DNA from: Polyangiaceae bacterium
Lineage (GTDB): Bacteria; Myxococcota_A; Polyangia; Polyangiales; Polyangiaceae
Direction of reading: 5' to 3'
NCBI GenBank assembly: GCA_033763455.1
Contig: JANRKO010000006.1
Location: 96,001 to 160,000 of the forward strand
DNA: 64,000 bases
The notes beneath the pieces were generated by a model. The model had not been told where the DNA came from. It saw only the letters and a program-made list of their open reading frames with translations, and ran no database searches. The stretch's first letter is position 1, and the number at the start of each line of letters is the position of its first letter. The position numbers were made by a program, and so were the translations under genes. Shown in pieces: positions 47,592 to 58,090 of this stretch.

Positions 47592-48716
47592 TCAGAACGT
47601 GCCGGTAACGCCAACGCTGTTGAACCCGACGTACGGTGCCACGGTCCTGGCCGAGCTCCCGCTATCGCTCTCCGAGCTCAGAACAAAGAGTGTGACGCCT
47701 GCCCCCACGCCCAACACGCCTGCCACGATCCCAACCGCACCCAAAGTTTTGGCGCTCGCGGCATCGCTATCTAGGGAGGTTATTTGCTGCTGAACGTCCG
47801 AGTTGCAGGCGGCGCCCTTAGGGCTCGCGCCGCACTGGTTATCGTCGAAAAGCTTGTTGGAATCTGAGGTCTTACCGCTTCCGTCCAGAAGAAAAAACGT
47901 CCCCACTCCAAGCCCAACGGCTCCAACCCCAAATGCTACGTAACTTCCGATACGGAGTGAGCTGGTCCCACCGCCCTTCGGCGTGGTGCCAGTGTCACCC
48001 CCTGGCGACGTCATGCTAACGGCTGCGCCGTTCCCTGTGGTGTCGCTAGGTGCCGGTGCTGTACCCGGTGAGGTAGCGACGGGCGGGGGTACGGCGGTCG
48101 CACCCGGCTGCGTTTGAAGATCTAGCACCACTGTTTCGCGAGCTGCCTCTGCAACGTTGATGATCTTTTCCTGCGAGCGTTTGCCCTCGGCAAACGCCTG
48201 AAATACGTGCTTCCCCGGATCTATCGGGTGGGGGACACCGAGCAATGCTTGCGGAATGGCCACACCATCCATCGTTACGGTTACGGGCAAGGGTCCGGCG
48301 CCCTGAGCGGCGGCGGTAATGTAAGGAAGCCGAGGCTCCAACACCTGTAGATCCTTTTCAGCATCGGCAACCGCACGGCGTACCGCCTCGGAGGCATCTG
48401 CCGACATACCTTCACGGCGGATCTTTAGATAAAGCTCGCGCGCTTTTACTAGTTTCCCAAGCTTTGCGTAGGACCTCGCTAGGTACAGCTGCTGCACGGG
48501 CGAGTGAACAATCGATTCGGCGCGGGACATCATGTCCACGGCGTCTGCGTAACGACCCTCGTTGAAGGCTTTCGCTCCTTCGGTCGCTGCTGCGCGGGCG
48601 CCCGAGATTTCCTCCGCCGTCTGGGCAGAGGCGCGGCCGGAGAGTAGGGCCCCTGAAAGCGCTAACGTGGTGAGAAGGACGGCGTTGGGGCGGACTAAGA
48701 GGCTTCGATGCAACAT
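47592..48716 (-). CDS. TPR/PEGA-type outer-membrane-associated protein
   Basis: Signal ASA, TPR-like helices (AFNEGRY, LARSYAKLGKLVKARELY), PIDPGKH, Gly-rich hydrophobic tail ending GVTGTF. Confidence 0.75.
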   Translation of the reverse strand: MLHRSLLVRPNAVLLTTLALSGALLSGRASAQTAEEISGARAAATEGAKAFNEGRYADAVDMMSRAESIVHSPVQQLYLARSYAKLGKLVKARELYLKIRREGMSADASEAVRRAVADAEKDLQVLEPRLPYITAAAQGAGPLPVTVTMDGVAIPQALLGVPHPIDPGKHVFQAFAEGKRSQEKIINVAEAARETVVLDLQTQPGATAVPPPVATSPGTAPAPSDTTGNGAAVSMTSPGGDTGTTPKGGGTSSLRIGSYVAFGVGAVGLGVGTFFLLDGSGKTSDSNKLFDDNQCGASPKGAACNSDVQQQITSLDSDAASAKTLGAVGIVAGVLGVGAGVTLFVLSSESDSGSSARTVAPYVGFNSVGVTGTF

Positions 48717-48970
48717 AACCTCACCACGATAACACGACCCCTCTAGCAACCGAAATTGCCTGAATCACGATTTTCGGTCGGATTGGGACCTTTGCGCCTT
48801 TCACTGCTGCGGCTCCTCAACCTGCTGCGGCTCCTCACCACTCCCCGGCGGCCGCCCGGCACGGCTGGCTTGCCCGGGGCACTGGCCGATGCTGCAGTAG
48901 TGTCAGTTCGGGGTTGGGAGGGATTGAAGCCTGGACCCGTTCGGGGCATCACGCCCGGGCGATCCGCAAT

Positions 48971-49510
48971 ATGGCTACCTGGAAAGTACTAAAGAGCGAG
49001 ACTCTCCTTCAGCGACCCTGGCTCACCATTCGGGAACAGGAGGTTTCGCTCCCGAATGGTAACGTTATCGATGCGTTCCATTTGGTCGAAAGTCCTGATT
49101 GGACTGGGGTGCTCGCCCTCACGGACTGCGGGGAAGTGGTCCTGGTGGAGCAATATCGCCATGGTTACGGGGGGCTGAGCGTCGAGCTCCCGGCCGGCGT
49201 CGTCGATCCGGGTGAAGAGCCATTGGCGGCGGCGAAGCGAGAGCTTCTAGAAGAAACCGGCCATGTTGCCGAAGATTGGTTGCCGCTCATCAGCGTGTGC
49301 GTGGAACCAAGTAGAAATACCAACCAGGCACACTTCTTCTTCGCACGTGGAGCGCGCCGGGTTCAGGAGCAACAGTTGGACCCTTCCGAAGATCTCAAGG
49401 TACGCCTCTTGCCGGTCGCGGACCTTTTGGCGGCGCTTGAGCAAAACTTGGTCGCGCATGGGGTGCACGTTGCGGCCATCTTGATGGCCGCCCGGCGCCA
49501 GTGGATCTAA
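48971..49510 (+). CDS. NUDIX hydrolase (ADP-ribose pyrophosphatase-like)
   Basis: EQYRHG, ELPAGVVDPGEEPLAAAKRELLEETG Nudix box. Confidence 0.92.
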   Translation: MATWKVLKSETLLQRPWLTIREQEVSLPNGNVIDAFHLVESPDWTGVLALTDCGEVVLVEQYRHGYGGLSVELPAGVVDPGEEPLAAAKRELLEETGHVAEDWLPLISVCVEPSRNTNQAHFFFARGARRVQEQQLDPSEDLKVRLLPVADLLAALEQNLVAHGVHVAAILMAARRQWI

Positions 49511-49519
49511 GCACACACA

Positions 49520-51364
49520 CTACTTGAGCGTGAGCACGTAAGGCGAAAGCGCAAGCACTTGATCGCCGCGGGCCATCGCGTTGACTGCGTTGAGATAAGG
49601 CCGGAGCTCTTCGGGCACGGCTTCGGCGAGGGAGCTCTGACGGGCGATAAAGCCGCGCAGGCGCGCCTCCGCTTCGTCCGCATCCGGCGCGTCCCCATGG
49701 AACAAAAGATCGAGCCAGCTTTCGCTGAGGCCTTCAAACGATACTGGGGCTCCCTCAGGCAAGCCTGCGAGGCGTCGAGCCGCGACGATCGAATCTTCAA
49801 GCCCACCGAATTCGTCCACCAGCCCGCGTTCCAGACCCTGCACGCCGCTCCAGATGCGGCCTTCGGCGCTCATGGCGATGAGCTCAACGGGCTTCTTTCG
49901 ACCCTCAGACACTCGCTTTAAGAAAAGATCGTAGACTGTAAGGATTTGTGCACGCACGCGCTCCTTCATCACATCGTTCCAGGGCGTAAGCAACGATAGG
50001 TACGCCGCTCGCGCTTCGGCATCGGGACGGGGGCTAGCAGGGAACGTAAGCGCATGGACTCCGAACTGCTCAAGCGCCTGGTTGACGCTGAATTTTCCGC
50101 CGACAACTCCGATCGAGCCCACGATGCTGGAACGGGGAGCAATGATACGGTTGCAGCCGGAAGCGATGTAGTAGCCACCGCTCGCCGCCATGGCGCCTAT
50201 CGATGCCACCACAGGCTTCCTTTGCCGCAACGCCATCACGTCTTTCCAGATAAGGTCGCTGGCCAGCGCTGAGCCACCTGGAGAGTCAATGCGTAGAACA
50301 ACAGCTTTTACGGCATCGTTGTCCTTGAGCCTCTGCAGCGTCTTGTGCATGGCGTTCGCCGTAATGCCCTGGCTCTCGAAAGTTCCCCCGCCCGCCATGG
50401 AAATGCTGCCCACCGTGGGCACGAGCGCCACTCTAGGCGTGGAATCGAGCTCTGCGGGTTGATTCATGAGGCTTCGAAGGAGCCGCACCAACGGCTGCCC
50501 GCCTACCCCCTTTACGTGGGGGCCGAACCGCGCCTCAACGGCTGTGGTTTTGGTTTGCAGTTTGAGCGCGGAAAGTGCTTCTGGCGCATAGCCGATTTGA
50601 TCGACCAAGCCGCGAGCTACGGCCTCCCCCGGCGTGAACGGCCCACTCTCGAAATCCTCGGCGAGGTTCTTCGCGCGGGTGCGCTCGCGCGCAGATTCGC
50701 CGAGCCAGGCCTCACGGATTGAGCGGAGCGTAACCAGCAACGATTCGCGTGCTTCGTCGGTGGGGCCGTTCCGCGTGAAGGTCTCTGCGAAGCTCTTGAA
50801 TTTGCCCGCGCTCACAAAATCTGCCTGAACACCTACCTTCGTAAGCAGATCACCCAGGTAAACGGACTGGCCAGCTAGCCCAATTGTTTCGAGGCTTCCC
50901 GCTGGACTCATCCAAATCGAATCGCAACCTTTGGCCACGAGCCAAGCGCTTTGATTGCCAAGGCTGTGGGCGTGACAAGTTACCGGCACACGCAGCGCCT
51001 TAAGGAGCGCACCTAGCTCCTCGGCATGAGCGAAATCCATTGGGCTCTCCCCCAGCTCAACGAGAACGCCTCGAACCTCACCGTCGCGGCGCAGCTCTTC
51101 AAGCTTCCTTACGAGACCAAAGTAGGTTGCCTCCACGGACGCCGGCAACAGCCCTCCACTGCCTGCGGCTTCGGGCAAGCCGCGTGTAAGGTCGAGCGAA
51201 GCGATGCGGGGCACGCCGGTTGGCAAGGCCTTCTGCCCGGACTCATTGGCACCGTCAGGCAAGCCGAGGGCTCGTGGGCGACCGCCACAGGCCGAGCCGA
51301 GGCAAAGGGCGCACAGTCCCGCAATAAGGGAAAATTTACGCGGCATAGAGCCAGAGGGAAGCAT
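49520..51364 (-). CDS. sppA: Signal peptide peptidase SppA (S49), long form
   Basis: AVVLRIDSPGGSALASD, MAASGGYYIA, VGSIGV, AEGRIWSG; lipobox-like GSAC. Start uncertain. Confidence 0.9.
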   Translation of the reverse strand: MLPSGSMPRKFSLIAGLCALCLGSACGGRPRALGLPDGANESGQKALPTGVPRIASLDLTRGLPEAAGSGGLLPASVEATYFGLVRKLEELRRDGEVRGVLVELGESPMDFAHAEELGALLKALRVPVTCHAHSLGNQSAWLVAKGCDSIWMSPAGSLETIGLAGQSVYLGDLLTKVGVQADFVSAGKFKSFAETFTRNGPTDEARESLLVTLRSIREAWLGESARERTRAKNLAEDFESGPFTPGEAVARGLVDQIGYAPEALSALKLQTKTTAVEARFGPHVKGVGGQPLVRLLRSLMNQPAELDSTPRVALVPTVGSISMAGGGTFESQGITANAMHKTLQRLKDNDAVKAVVLRIDSPGGSALASDLIWKDVMALRQRKPVVASIGAMAASGGYYIASGCNRIIAPRSSIVGSIGVVGGKFSVNQALEQFGVHALTFPASPRPDAEARAAYLSLLTPWNDVMKERVRAQILTVYDLFLKRVSEGRKKPVELIAMSAEGRIWSGVQGLERGLVDEFGGLEDSIVAARRLAGLPEGAPVSFEGLSESWLDLLFHGDAPDADEAEARLRGFIARQSSLAEAVPEELRPYLNAVNAMARGDQVLALSPYVLTLK

Positions 51365-51396
51365 GGCGTTGCGATGTGCACCATGGCGCGCCCGCA

Positions 51397-53613
51397 TCAC
51401 GGACGTGCTCCGGGCAAATCCGAGGTGTCGACGGGGGTCGGCGTGGACTCGGGTGTGCTCGCCGGCGAGGGCGCCGGGACGGGTGTGGGGGGCGTGGGTG
51501 GCGGGGCGCTCCCGGCTTCATCCAGCCGCGCCTGTGCTCGTTTGCCGTAGGAGCTGGTTGGGCCCACCTGGTCCACGACTCGCCGGTAGATGGAGAGAGC
51601 GGCACCGCGGTTGCCGTTTTGCCACTGGTAGTCCGCACTGCCAATCATGGCGGGTAGGTAATTGGGGTTGATGTCGAGAACCTGTTGGTAGAGTTGGGCT
51701 GCGCGGGCGTTGTCGCCGCGTCGTTTGGCTACGTCTGCCCGCCCAGCTAGCGCCTCGGTATTTCCCGGTTGGCCACTCAGTACGTCTGTGTAGAGGCGAT
51801 CAGCCCGTTCGACGTCGCCGGAGCTTAACGCTTTGCTTGCCTGCTGGAGCTTGTCTTGAAAATTCTGCCCGCCCGGCGCTGGGCTTGACGGTTGGCTTGC
51901 TTCGGTGTTCGCAGGCAGGGCTCCCTCTGCCGGGCCGGAGTTCGCCCCAGGTGGGCTCGTGGGCATTGCTGAGGCTTTGCCGCCTGCAACGAACGCCGCT
52001 AGTGCCACGGCCAGTGGGTGCGATGGCAATAGGTGCGGGAGCTCTGCGCGCGCTTCATCGTGGAGCTTTGCTTGCACCAGTGCGTAAATCAGCGCGGCTT
52101 GAGCTCGCCCAAGAGCACCCTCACCCAACGCGGCGCTTCGCAGACGTTGCACCACACTAGCCCATTCGGGTTTGGGTTCGGCGAGGTCCAAGGCTGCCAG
52201 CACATATGCGCTTTCTTCCGCTCCAGCGTTCGCCCCCCCCAACTTGACCACCAGGGCACGCGCGGATTGCAGTTGTCCGCGCATCCGCAAAACGTCGATT
52301 TGCGCTCGCAGCACCGCCACGTCTGAGCTTGCTGGCTGGGCGCGTGCAATGGCGGCATCGGCTTTGGAGAGCCGGGCCTCAAGCTCGCGTTGGGTGGCCT
52401 CGACGAAAACCCGATTCTCCGGATCTAACAGGCGCAGCTTGAGCCATTCAATGTCTGCGCGTACGGCTTCAAGTTCTGCTCGTGCGCCCAGCGCCTCCGC
52501 ATCTTTTTCGGACAGGCCAAGCGCCTGATCGATCTGCTCTTTGGCGGATTCAAGGTCGCCCTTACGGAGGAGTGCCTTGGCGCGATCGAGGAGCGTTCGC
52601 ACCTTGCCGCGGCTATCGTCCCCTGCGGGTACTGGGCCATCAGCCACGGGGAGCACATATTTTTTCCCCACTGTGAGGGCCAAAAATCCGAGCACGGCCA
52701 AGAGCACGAGCGCGAAGAGCCAGCGTAGGGACGTGTTCCGTGGCGCAACTCCGGGGATTTCACTCGGTCGCTGTTCGAGGTCTAAATTGCGGAGCGCCTT
52801 CGTGTGCGAGCGCGCGGGGTCCGCGTGAAGCGGCGCCTGACCTTCGGGCAGCGTGCGCGAAAACGGCGAGCGATCGCTTGGTCCTTCTGAAGGTTGAGCG
52901 TTAACAGCAGTGGCATACGCAATTTCTTTGGGGGCAGCGTTGGGATCGGGGAGCGCGCTTGGATAACGTTGGGTGCCCGCTGCTCCCGTTGTGGTTGGCG
53001 GGCCGCCATCCTGGGATGCAACCACATTGCTATATAGGGCGGGTTTGGTACTGCCGACGCGCGGCGCAGGAACCGGCGCGTGATCTTGCAGTGCTCGCCC
53101 GGCGGTTTGGAAAACCTCCGGGCGAGCCCCACTCGGCTGCTTTTGGGAGCTTGCTGCGCTCACCTGGGTGTCCGGCTCCTGGGATACTGGGCGTGGCGGG
53201 GCAAGCTCGGTGCTGGGAGGGCTTTCCAGTGCCGAAGCTGGCGGGGCGACGCCATGCAGAGTATTCGTCTTCTTGCTATCGGGCTTTACTGTGTCGCCCT
53301 TGTTGCGGAAGAAACCTTCAAGCTCCGCAATTGAACGCAAGGGCTTGGGCGCGTGGTTACCCCGGGAAAGAAAGTCATCGGAAGTGACGTGACCGCCGGA
53401 GATGGCTTTTTGGAGATCCTTCAGCGAAGTAAAAGAAAGCTCCTGACCACCACGCGTGCGTACGAGCCATTGCTCTGGTGCCCCGTGCCCCTGCTGGGGA
53501 AAGATTTTAAACTGATGCCCGCAATTGGTGCACTTGACGGTCGTGCCTCGCTCAGAAATCAGCGAGTCGTCAAACTCGTAATCGGTAGCGCATCGAGGGC
53601 AACGGACATCCAT
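51397..53613 (-). CDS. Zinc-ribbon (MJ0042-type) / TM / TPR protein
   Basis: MDVRCPRC...VKCTNCGHQF, Pro-rich linker, single TM, C-terminal TPR helices. Confidence 0.82.
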   Translation of the reverse strand: MDVRCPRCATDYEFDDSLISERGTTVKCTNCGHQFKIFPQQGHGAPEQWLVRTRGGQELSFTSLKDLQKAISGGHVTSDDFLSRGNHAPKPLRSIAELEGFFRNKGDTVKPDSKKTNTLHGVAPPASALESPPSTELAPPRPVSQEPDTQVSAASSQKQPSGARPEVFQTAGRALQDHAPVPAPRVGSTKPALYSNVVASQDGGPPTTTGAAGTQRYPSALPDPNAAPKEIAYATAVNAQPSEGPSDRSPFSRTLPEGQAPLHADPARSHTKALRNLDLEQRPSEIPGVAPRNTSLRWLFALVLLAVLGFLALTVGKKYVLPVADGPVPAGDDSRGKVRTLLDRAKALLRKGDLESAKEQIDQALGLSEKDAEALGARAELEAVRADIEWLKLRLLDPENRVFVEATQRELEARLSKADAAIARAQPASSDVAVLRAQIDVLRMRGQLQSARALVVKLGGANAGAEESAYVLAALDLAEPKPEWASVVQRLRSAALGEGALGRAQAALIYALVQAKLHDEARAELPHLLPSHPLAVALAAFVAGGKASAMPTSPPGANSGPAEGALPANTEASQPSSPAPGGQNFQDKLQQASKALSSGDVERADRLYTDVLSGQPGNTEALAGRADVAKRRGDNARAAQLYQQVLDINPNYLPAMIGSADYQWQNGNRGAALSIYRRVVDQVGPTSSYGKRAQARLDEAGSAPPPTPPTPVPAPSPASTPESTPTPVDTSDLPGARP

Positions 53614-53656
53614 TGGAAACGGCAGAGTGTGGAGAACAAATCGAAGGGAGCGCGCC

Positions 53657-54271
53657 TTATTTGATGATTCGCAGGTACGGCGGCAATGGCTTTTTGGTTC
53701 CTGGCGGGGCACTTCGCGGCACTTCTGCCGTAGGCTTAACAGGGGCGGGAGCCTCTGCGATGGCCGCGGCTTGGGCTAGCTTCCTTTCTTTGGCAGCCTC
53801 GCGCTTCTTCTTCGCGGCGGCTGCGCGCTTCGCCTTAACGGCTTCCTGCTTGGATTCCGGCACAGCTACTAGCTTTGGCCCGGGAGGGCGCACTGGCGCG
53901 GGCGGGGCTTTGGGGCGCTCTTCGCTCACTTGGGCCGCTACCTCCGCCGGCACGTCGTCGGGCCACACCATGCCACGGCCGTTGTCTCCAACCATCGCGA
54001 AGATTGCGGACCAAGGGACCACGCAATAGTGGGGGGTTCGGTTGAAACTCAGCGTGCAACTAATTCCGGAGTCATCCACTCGTAGGTCGGTGATGGGTAC
54101 GGGCATGTTGAGGCCAACTTGCAGCACCAACTGCGGCTGTTTGGTAAAAGAAACGGGGACTTGCACGCCCGCCTTTCTCGGATCCAAGTGCAGGTAAACG
54201 CTAGTTTGCTCCAAAAAAGCAAGCGAGACCGCCTGCTTGTCGGGGAGCTCGTTGGTGCGATTCGAGGACAT
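53657..54271 (-). CDS. SspB-like ClpXP adaptor
   Basis: LVLQVGLNM, GISCTLSFNR, VPWSAIFA, C-terminal PYLRIIK (ClpX-binding-like tail). Confidence 0.8.
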   Translation of the reverse strand: MSSNRTNELPDKQAVSLAFLEQTSVYLHLDPRKAGVQVPVSFTKQPQLVLQVGLNMPVPITDLRVDDSGISCTLSFNRTPHYCVVPWSAIFAMVGDNGRGMVWPDDVPAEVAAQVSEERPKAPPAPVRPPGPKLVAVPESKQEAVKAKRAAAAKKKREAAKERKLAQAAAIAEAPAPVKPTAEVPRSAPPGTKKPLPPYLRIIK

Positions 54272-54320
54272 ACCAAGCGACGTAATAGCCAAACCAGGAG
54301 ACAAAGGCCAGGCAACTCCC

Positions 54321-54851
54321 TCAATCTGGTAGGTCCCTTGCCTTCCAGAACTGCTCAAGCGTGAGCCGTGTTCCGATCCGAACCGTCGAAAACCCTGGCT
54401 CTGGCACGAGGAGGCACGCGAGCGCCGCGGTAGGCATGTGTTCCTCCCGGCCAATCAGAGAGGACAAAAGCGTTTCGATCCCTGGATTGTGCCCGATCAT
54501 CAGCACCTGTCGGGCTTGCCCACACCATTTGCCGAGCATGTCCACGTAGGCTTGCGGCTCGGCTAGGTAAAGCTCCGGTAACGCGTGCGCCGGTCCGGTG
54601 TAGTTGCAGGCCCGGCACACGAGCTCCCCTGTGGAGATGGCGCGGCGGGCCGTCGAGGTGAGCACTAGATCGGGGATCAACCCAGTGTCGGCAAGGAGCT
54701 CACCGACGCGGGCTGCGGCGTCGCGACCCCGAGCGTTCAGAGGCCGATCGTGGTCCAACATTCCGGGCTCAGCCCAGCTCGATTTAGCATGTCGGAGGAG
54801 AAGAAGCTTCCAGGGCGCTCCGTTCGCTGGGGGGGCATCGTGGCGGGCCAT
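54321..54851 (-). CDS. sixA: Phosphohistidine phosphatase SixA
   Basis: LRHAKSSW, DHDRPLNARG, STARRA, IGHNPG, MPTAA. Confidence 0.9.
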   Translation of the reverse strand: MARHDAPPANGAPWKLLLLRHAKSSWAEPGMLDHDRPLNARGRDAAARVGELLADTGLIPDLVLTSTARRAISTGELVCRACNYTGPAHALPELYLAEPQAYVDMLGKWCGQARQVLMIGHNPGIETLLSSLIGREEHMPTAALACLLVPEPGFSTVRIGTRLTLEQFWKARDLPD

Positions 54852-54942
54852 GTCTCAATAGTCCGCCGCCTGAGGCGTAGTGGCAATGTCTCAGGGAGGC
54901 GGTCGCCGGCTATGCTAGGTTGGGCGCGAAACGGGAGGCCGT

Positions 54943-55641
54943 GTGGTCGCGAGGATTCTGGTAGTAGAGGATGAGCCTGCCATCTTGGAGTCGGTTGCCT
55001 ACGCACTGGAGCGCGAGGGGTTTCTGGTGGACCAAGCTGGCACCCTGTCCGTTGCTGAACAATGCGTCGACCGAGCCGATCTAGTCCTGCTGGACCTCAT
55101 GCTTCCCGACGGAAGCGGGTTTACCCTGATAAGCTCGCTCAGGCGCGCTTCGAAGCTCACCCCCATCATTGTTCTGAGCAGCCGGGATGCCGAAGCTGAT
55201 CGTGTAACGGCCCTAGAAGCGGGTGCGGATGACTACGTCACAAAGCCCTTTTCTCCCCGCGAAGTGGTGGCACGGGTGCGCGCCGTACTTCGCCGCGTGG
55301 TGCTTGCGGGTGCGCCTCCTGGGGATGTCGGACCACTGGTGGTGGACGTGGAAACGCGCCGCGCCAAAGTGTTAGGGCGAATGTTGGACCTTACGCGGGT
55401 TGAGTTTGATGTGTTGGCGTGTTTGCTCCGGGCCCAAGGCAAAGTGTACACGCGCGAGCAACTGATCGACGAGGTATGGGGAGATGGCTTCGCGATAACG
55501 GATCGCACGATCGATTCCCACGTCAAATCCTTAAGGCGCAAGCTTGGCGAGGCTGGGGCCCATCCGGGCTTGATAGAAACTGTGCGGGGCGTGGGTTACC
55601 GCGTCACCTTCGAGCCTAGCGCTGTGAGCCCCGCGCCTTGA
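54943..55641 (+). CDS. OmpR-family response regulator (CreB-like)
   Basis: ILVVEDE, LLDLMLPD, GADDYVTKPFSPRE, DRTIDSHVKSLRRKL, TVRGVGY. Confidence 0.93.
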   Translation: MVARILVVEDEPAILESVAYALEREGFLVDQAGTLSVAEQCVDRADLVLLDLMLPDGSGFTLISSLRRASKLTPIIVLSSRDAEADRVTALEAGADDYVTKPFSPREVVARVRAVLRRVVLAGAPPGDVGPLVVDVETRRAKVLGRMLDLTRVEFDVLACLLRAQGKVYTREQLIDEVWGDGFAITDRTIDSHVKSLRRKLGEAGAHPGLIETVRGVGYRVTFEPSAVSPAP

Positions 55642-57029
55642 GTCGCCTAGTAGTTGTTGCCGTAGCAGCCATTGGGCTGATCCTGTTCGTTGCGTTCGTG
55701 ATTGCTCGCCTCGTGCGCACCCGCACGCGCGGGATGTCGATTCGCATGCAGGTGTTTCTCGCTCTTGCCTTTATTGTTGGCACATTCTCGCTTGGCCTCG
55801 GCCTTCTGGTGCTCGACCGGATTGAAGCTCGCGCGGTGCGAGTGGCCACGTTTGCTGCCGAAGAGCAGGCAAAGATGATTGCGGCCATCATTGAGGGGGA
55901 TCTTGAACGCTCACGAGTCGCGATTGAGCGGGTGGCTAGGCGCTTGGAAGTTGGAAGGCAACCTACCGCAGAGCTTCGGCTCGAATTGCTGGACACTAGC
56001 GGACACCTCCTTTTCCCTTCAGGGGCAAAGAGTGCCGAAGGCACGCCGGGTACTGTATCGTACGACGCACCGGTGAAGCTCAAGGGTCGTAACATCGGCG
56101 TGGTAAGGGTTGTAAAACCAACACTTGAGATCAGACGCTTGCTAGCTGATTTGGCCCCCACGGTGCTCGTGATCAGCCTGGTGCTGGGCGCAGCTGCGGC
56201 CCTTGCTGCGGCGTGGATTGGGCGCGCAATTGCTCAGCCGATCGAGGCGCTCAGCGATTTTGCGGAAAGCGTCAGCCTCGGTGAGCGTACCCAAGTTCCG
56301 AATTCCGTCTTCGGTCGCGAGGTGAAGCGCTTGGTTCAGTCGATCGACTCCATGCGACGCCAGCTCGAAGGCCGCCCGTTCGTTGAAACGTTCGCAGCCG
56401 ATCTATCCCACGAGCTCAAAAATCCGGTGGCTGCGATTTTAGCGAGCGCTGAGGTATTGGAAGAAGGTGCGATTGATGAGCCCACCTTGGCTCGGCAGTT
56501 TGTCGGCCGGATTCGCGAAGCCGCAAGTCGCATTGATCGATTGCTGCGCGATCTAGTGAGCCTTGCTCGCATCGAGGCCCGTGGGGTAGAGGCGCTCGGC
56601 TCGGTGGATATGGCCGGCGTCACCCGCAGTGTGGTCGAAGCCCTTGGGGACGCCCAGCAAAGAGTCGAGTTCGTCGCCATGAATGAGCTGTGCGTGCGTG
56701 GAGACGAGAGCTGGCTTGGGCGTGCCGTGTTCAACTTGGTGGATAACGCGCTAGTGCACTCAGCAACGGGAGCTCGTGTCCGAGTACGAGTCCAACGCGA
56801 AGAGGGCGGGGTGCTTGTTGCCGTCACCAATCCGGGGGCGATTAGCAAACACGTCCGCGGGCAACTCTTTCGGCGCTTCGTTACGACGCGTGCCGACAAG
56901 GGGGGCTCAGGCCTTGGGTTGGCCATTGCCAGGGCGGTGGCGGAAGCACACGGCGGGCGGCTTGAGCTCCAGGTGAATGGGCCCCCGGATGTCACGTTCG
57001 GGCTTTGGTTACCTGATCCCTCACCCTAG
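55638..57029 (+). CDS. Sensor histidine kinase (CreC-like)
   Basis: TM segments, HAMP, SHELKNP, NLVDNA, GSGLGLAIA; overlaps the regulator stop codon. Confidence 0.92.
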   Translation: MSRLVVVAVAAIGLILFVAFVIARLVRTRTRGMSIRMQVFLALAFIVGTFSLGLGLLVLDRIEARAVRVATFAAEEQAKMIAAIIEGDLERSRVAIERVARRLEVGRQPTAELRLELLDTSGHLLFPSGAKSAEGTPGTVSYDAPVKLKGRNIGVVRVVKPTLEIRRLLADLAPTVLVISLVLGAAAALAAAWIGRAIAQPIEALSDFAESVSLGERTQVPNSVFGREVKRLVQSIDSMRRQLEGRPFVETFAADLSHELKNPVAAILASAEVLEEGAIDEPTLARQFVGRIREAASRIDRLLRDLVSLARIEARGVEALGSVDMAGVTRSVVEALGDAQQRVEFVAMNELCVRGDESWLGRAVFNLVDNALVHSATGARVRVRVQREEGGVLVAVTNPGAISKHVRGQLFRRFVTTRADKGGSGLGLAIARAVAEAHGGRLELQVNGPPDVTFGLWLPDPSP

Positions 57030-57197
57030 ACTAGGAGGAGAGCTGCGATGTTTGGGGGTGTTGAGCCCCACCCTTGGCCCGAAATCCCCGAAACCTCCAC
57101 AGTATGGGCCACCCAAAGAGCCAGAGCTTCTGGCAAGCTCCCGCACTTGCAGGCACCGGCCAACTGCCGGCTCGCTCTGAGCTTAGCTTCAAGGAGT

Positions 57198-58034
57198 ATG
57201 CGCGTGGGTGATAAGCAGCAGGGGTTAGGGGCGATGAGAACTGGTAGCGGCGACTCGTTGGTGAACGCGAGCAAGGCTGAGTTGCCGCGTCACATAGCTA
57301 TCATTATGGACGGCAACGGCCGTTGGGCTAAGGCACGTGGCCTCGAACGCGTGGAGGGCCATGCCGAAGGCGCGCGCGCCGTGCGTGAAACTGTAGAATC
57401 ATGCGCTAAGCTTGGCGTGCAGTTTCTTACGCTCTACGCCTTTAGCGTCGCTAACTGGGCTCGGCCCCCGCGCGAAGTTCAGGCCCTGATGAAGCTTCTG
57501 GTGTACTTTGCCAACAGGGAAAAAGAGGATCTTCGTAACAATGGTGTACGCGTGCGCGTGGTCGGCAACCTTGATGATTTGCCCCTCTTGACCCGCCATT
57601 CGGTGGAAGAGCTCATGGCTTACACTGCCGATTGTCAGGGAATGACGCTTTCTTTGGCGCTTTCCTACGGTGGCCGCAAAGATATCGTGGATGCGGCCCG
57701 CGCTCTGGCAGCGAAGGCCCGTGCTGGGCTCTTATTGCCCGAGGACATTGATGAAGCATCGTTTCAGCGCGAAATGTCCACGGAAGCACTCCCCAATGTG
57801 GATTTACTGATCCGTACGGGCGGGGAAACTCGCGTGAGTGATTTCTTGCTGTTTGAGTCCGCCTACGCGGAATTCGTGTTCCTGCCCATCATGTGGCCCG
57901 AGTTCGACGCCAAAGCGCTCGGTTTGGCGCTCGACATCTACGCAGGCAAAGAGCGCCGATTCGGGCTAACTTCCGAGCAAGTGCAGCGGAGCGTCCATTC
58001 ATTCGACCCGCCTGATTTACTTGCCGCCCAATAA
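57198..58034 (+). CDS. uppS: Undecaprenyl diphosphate synthase (cis-isoprenyltransferase)
   Basis: HIAIIMDGNGRWA, TLYAFS..NW.RP, SYGGR, DLLIRTGGETRVSDFLL, ERRFG. Start at 57198 or 57234. Confidence 0.95.
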   Translation: MRVGDKQQGLGAMRTGSGDSLVNASKAELPRHIAIIMDGNGRWAKARGLERVEGHAEGARAVRETVESCAKLGVQFLTLYAFSVANWARPPREVQALMKLLVYFANREKEDLRNNGVRVRVVGNLDDLPLLTRHSVEELMAYTADCQGMTLSLALSYGGRKDIVDAARALAAKARAGLLLPEDIDEASFQREMSTEALPNVDLLIRTGGETRVSDFLLFESAYAEFVFLPIMWPEFDAKALGLALDIYAGKERRFGLTSEQVQRSVHSFDPPDLLAAQ

Positions 58035-58090
58035 CGGCCGAGCTGGGCACCTCCCCGGGGGAGGTGCTCAGGATCGTCCTTGCTCAGCAA

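Noticed and set aside
48743..48952. Small minus-strand ORF ending GNFGC, with an 18-bp-period direct repeat
   Set aside because: It could be a remnant tail, but it lies in a divergent promoter region with no recognisable domain; support is insufficient.
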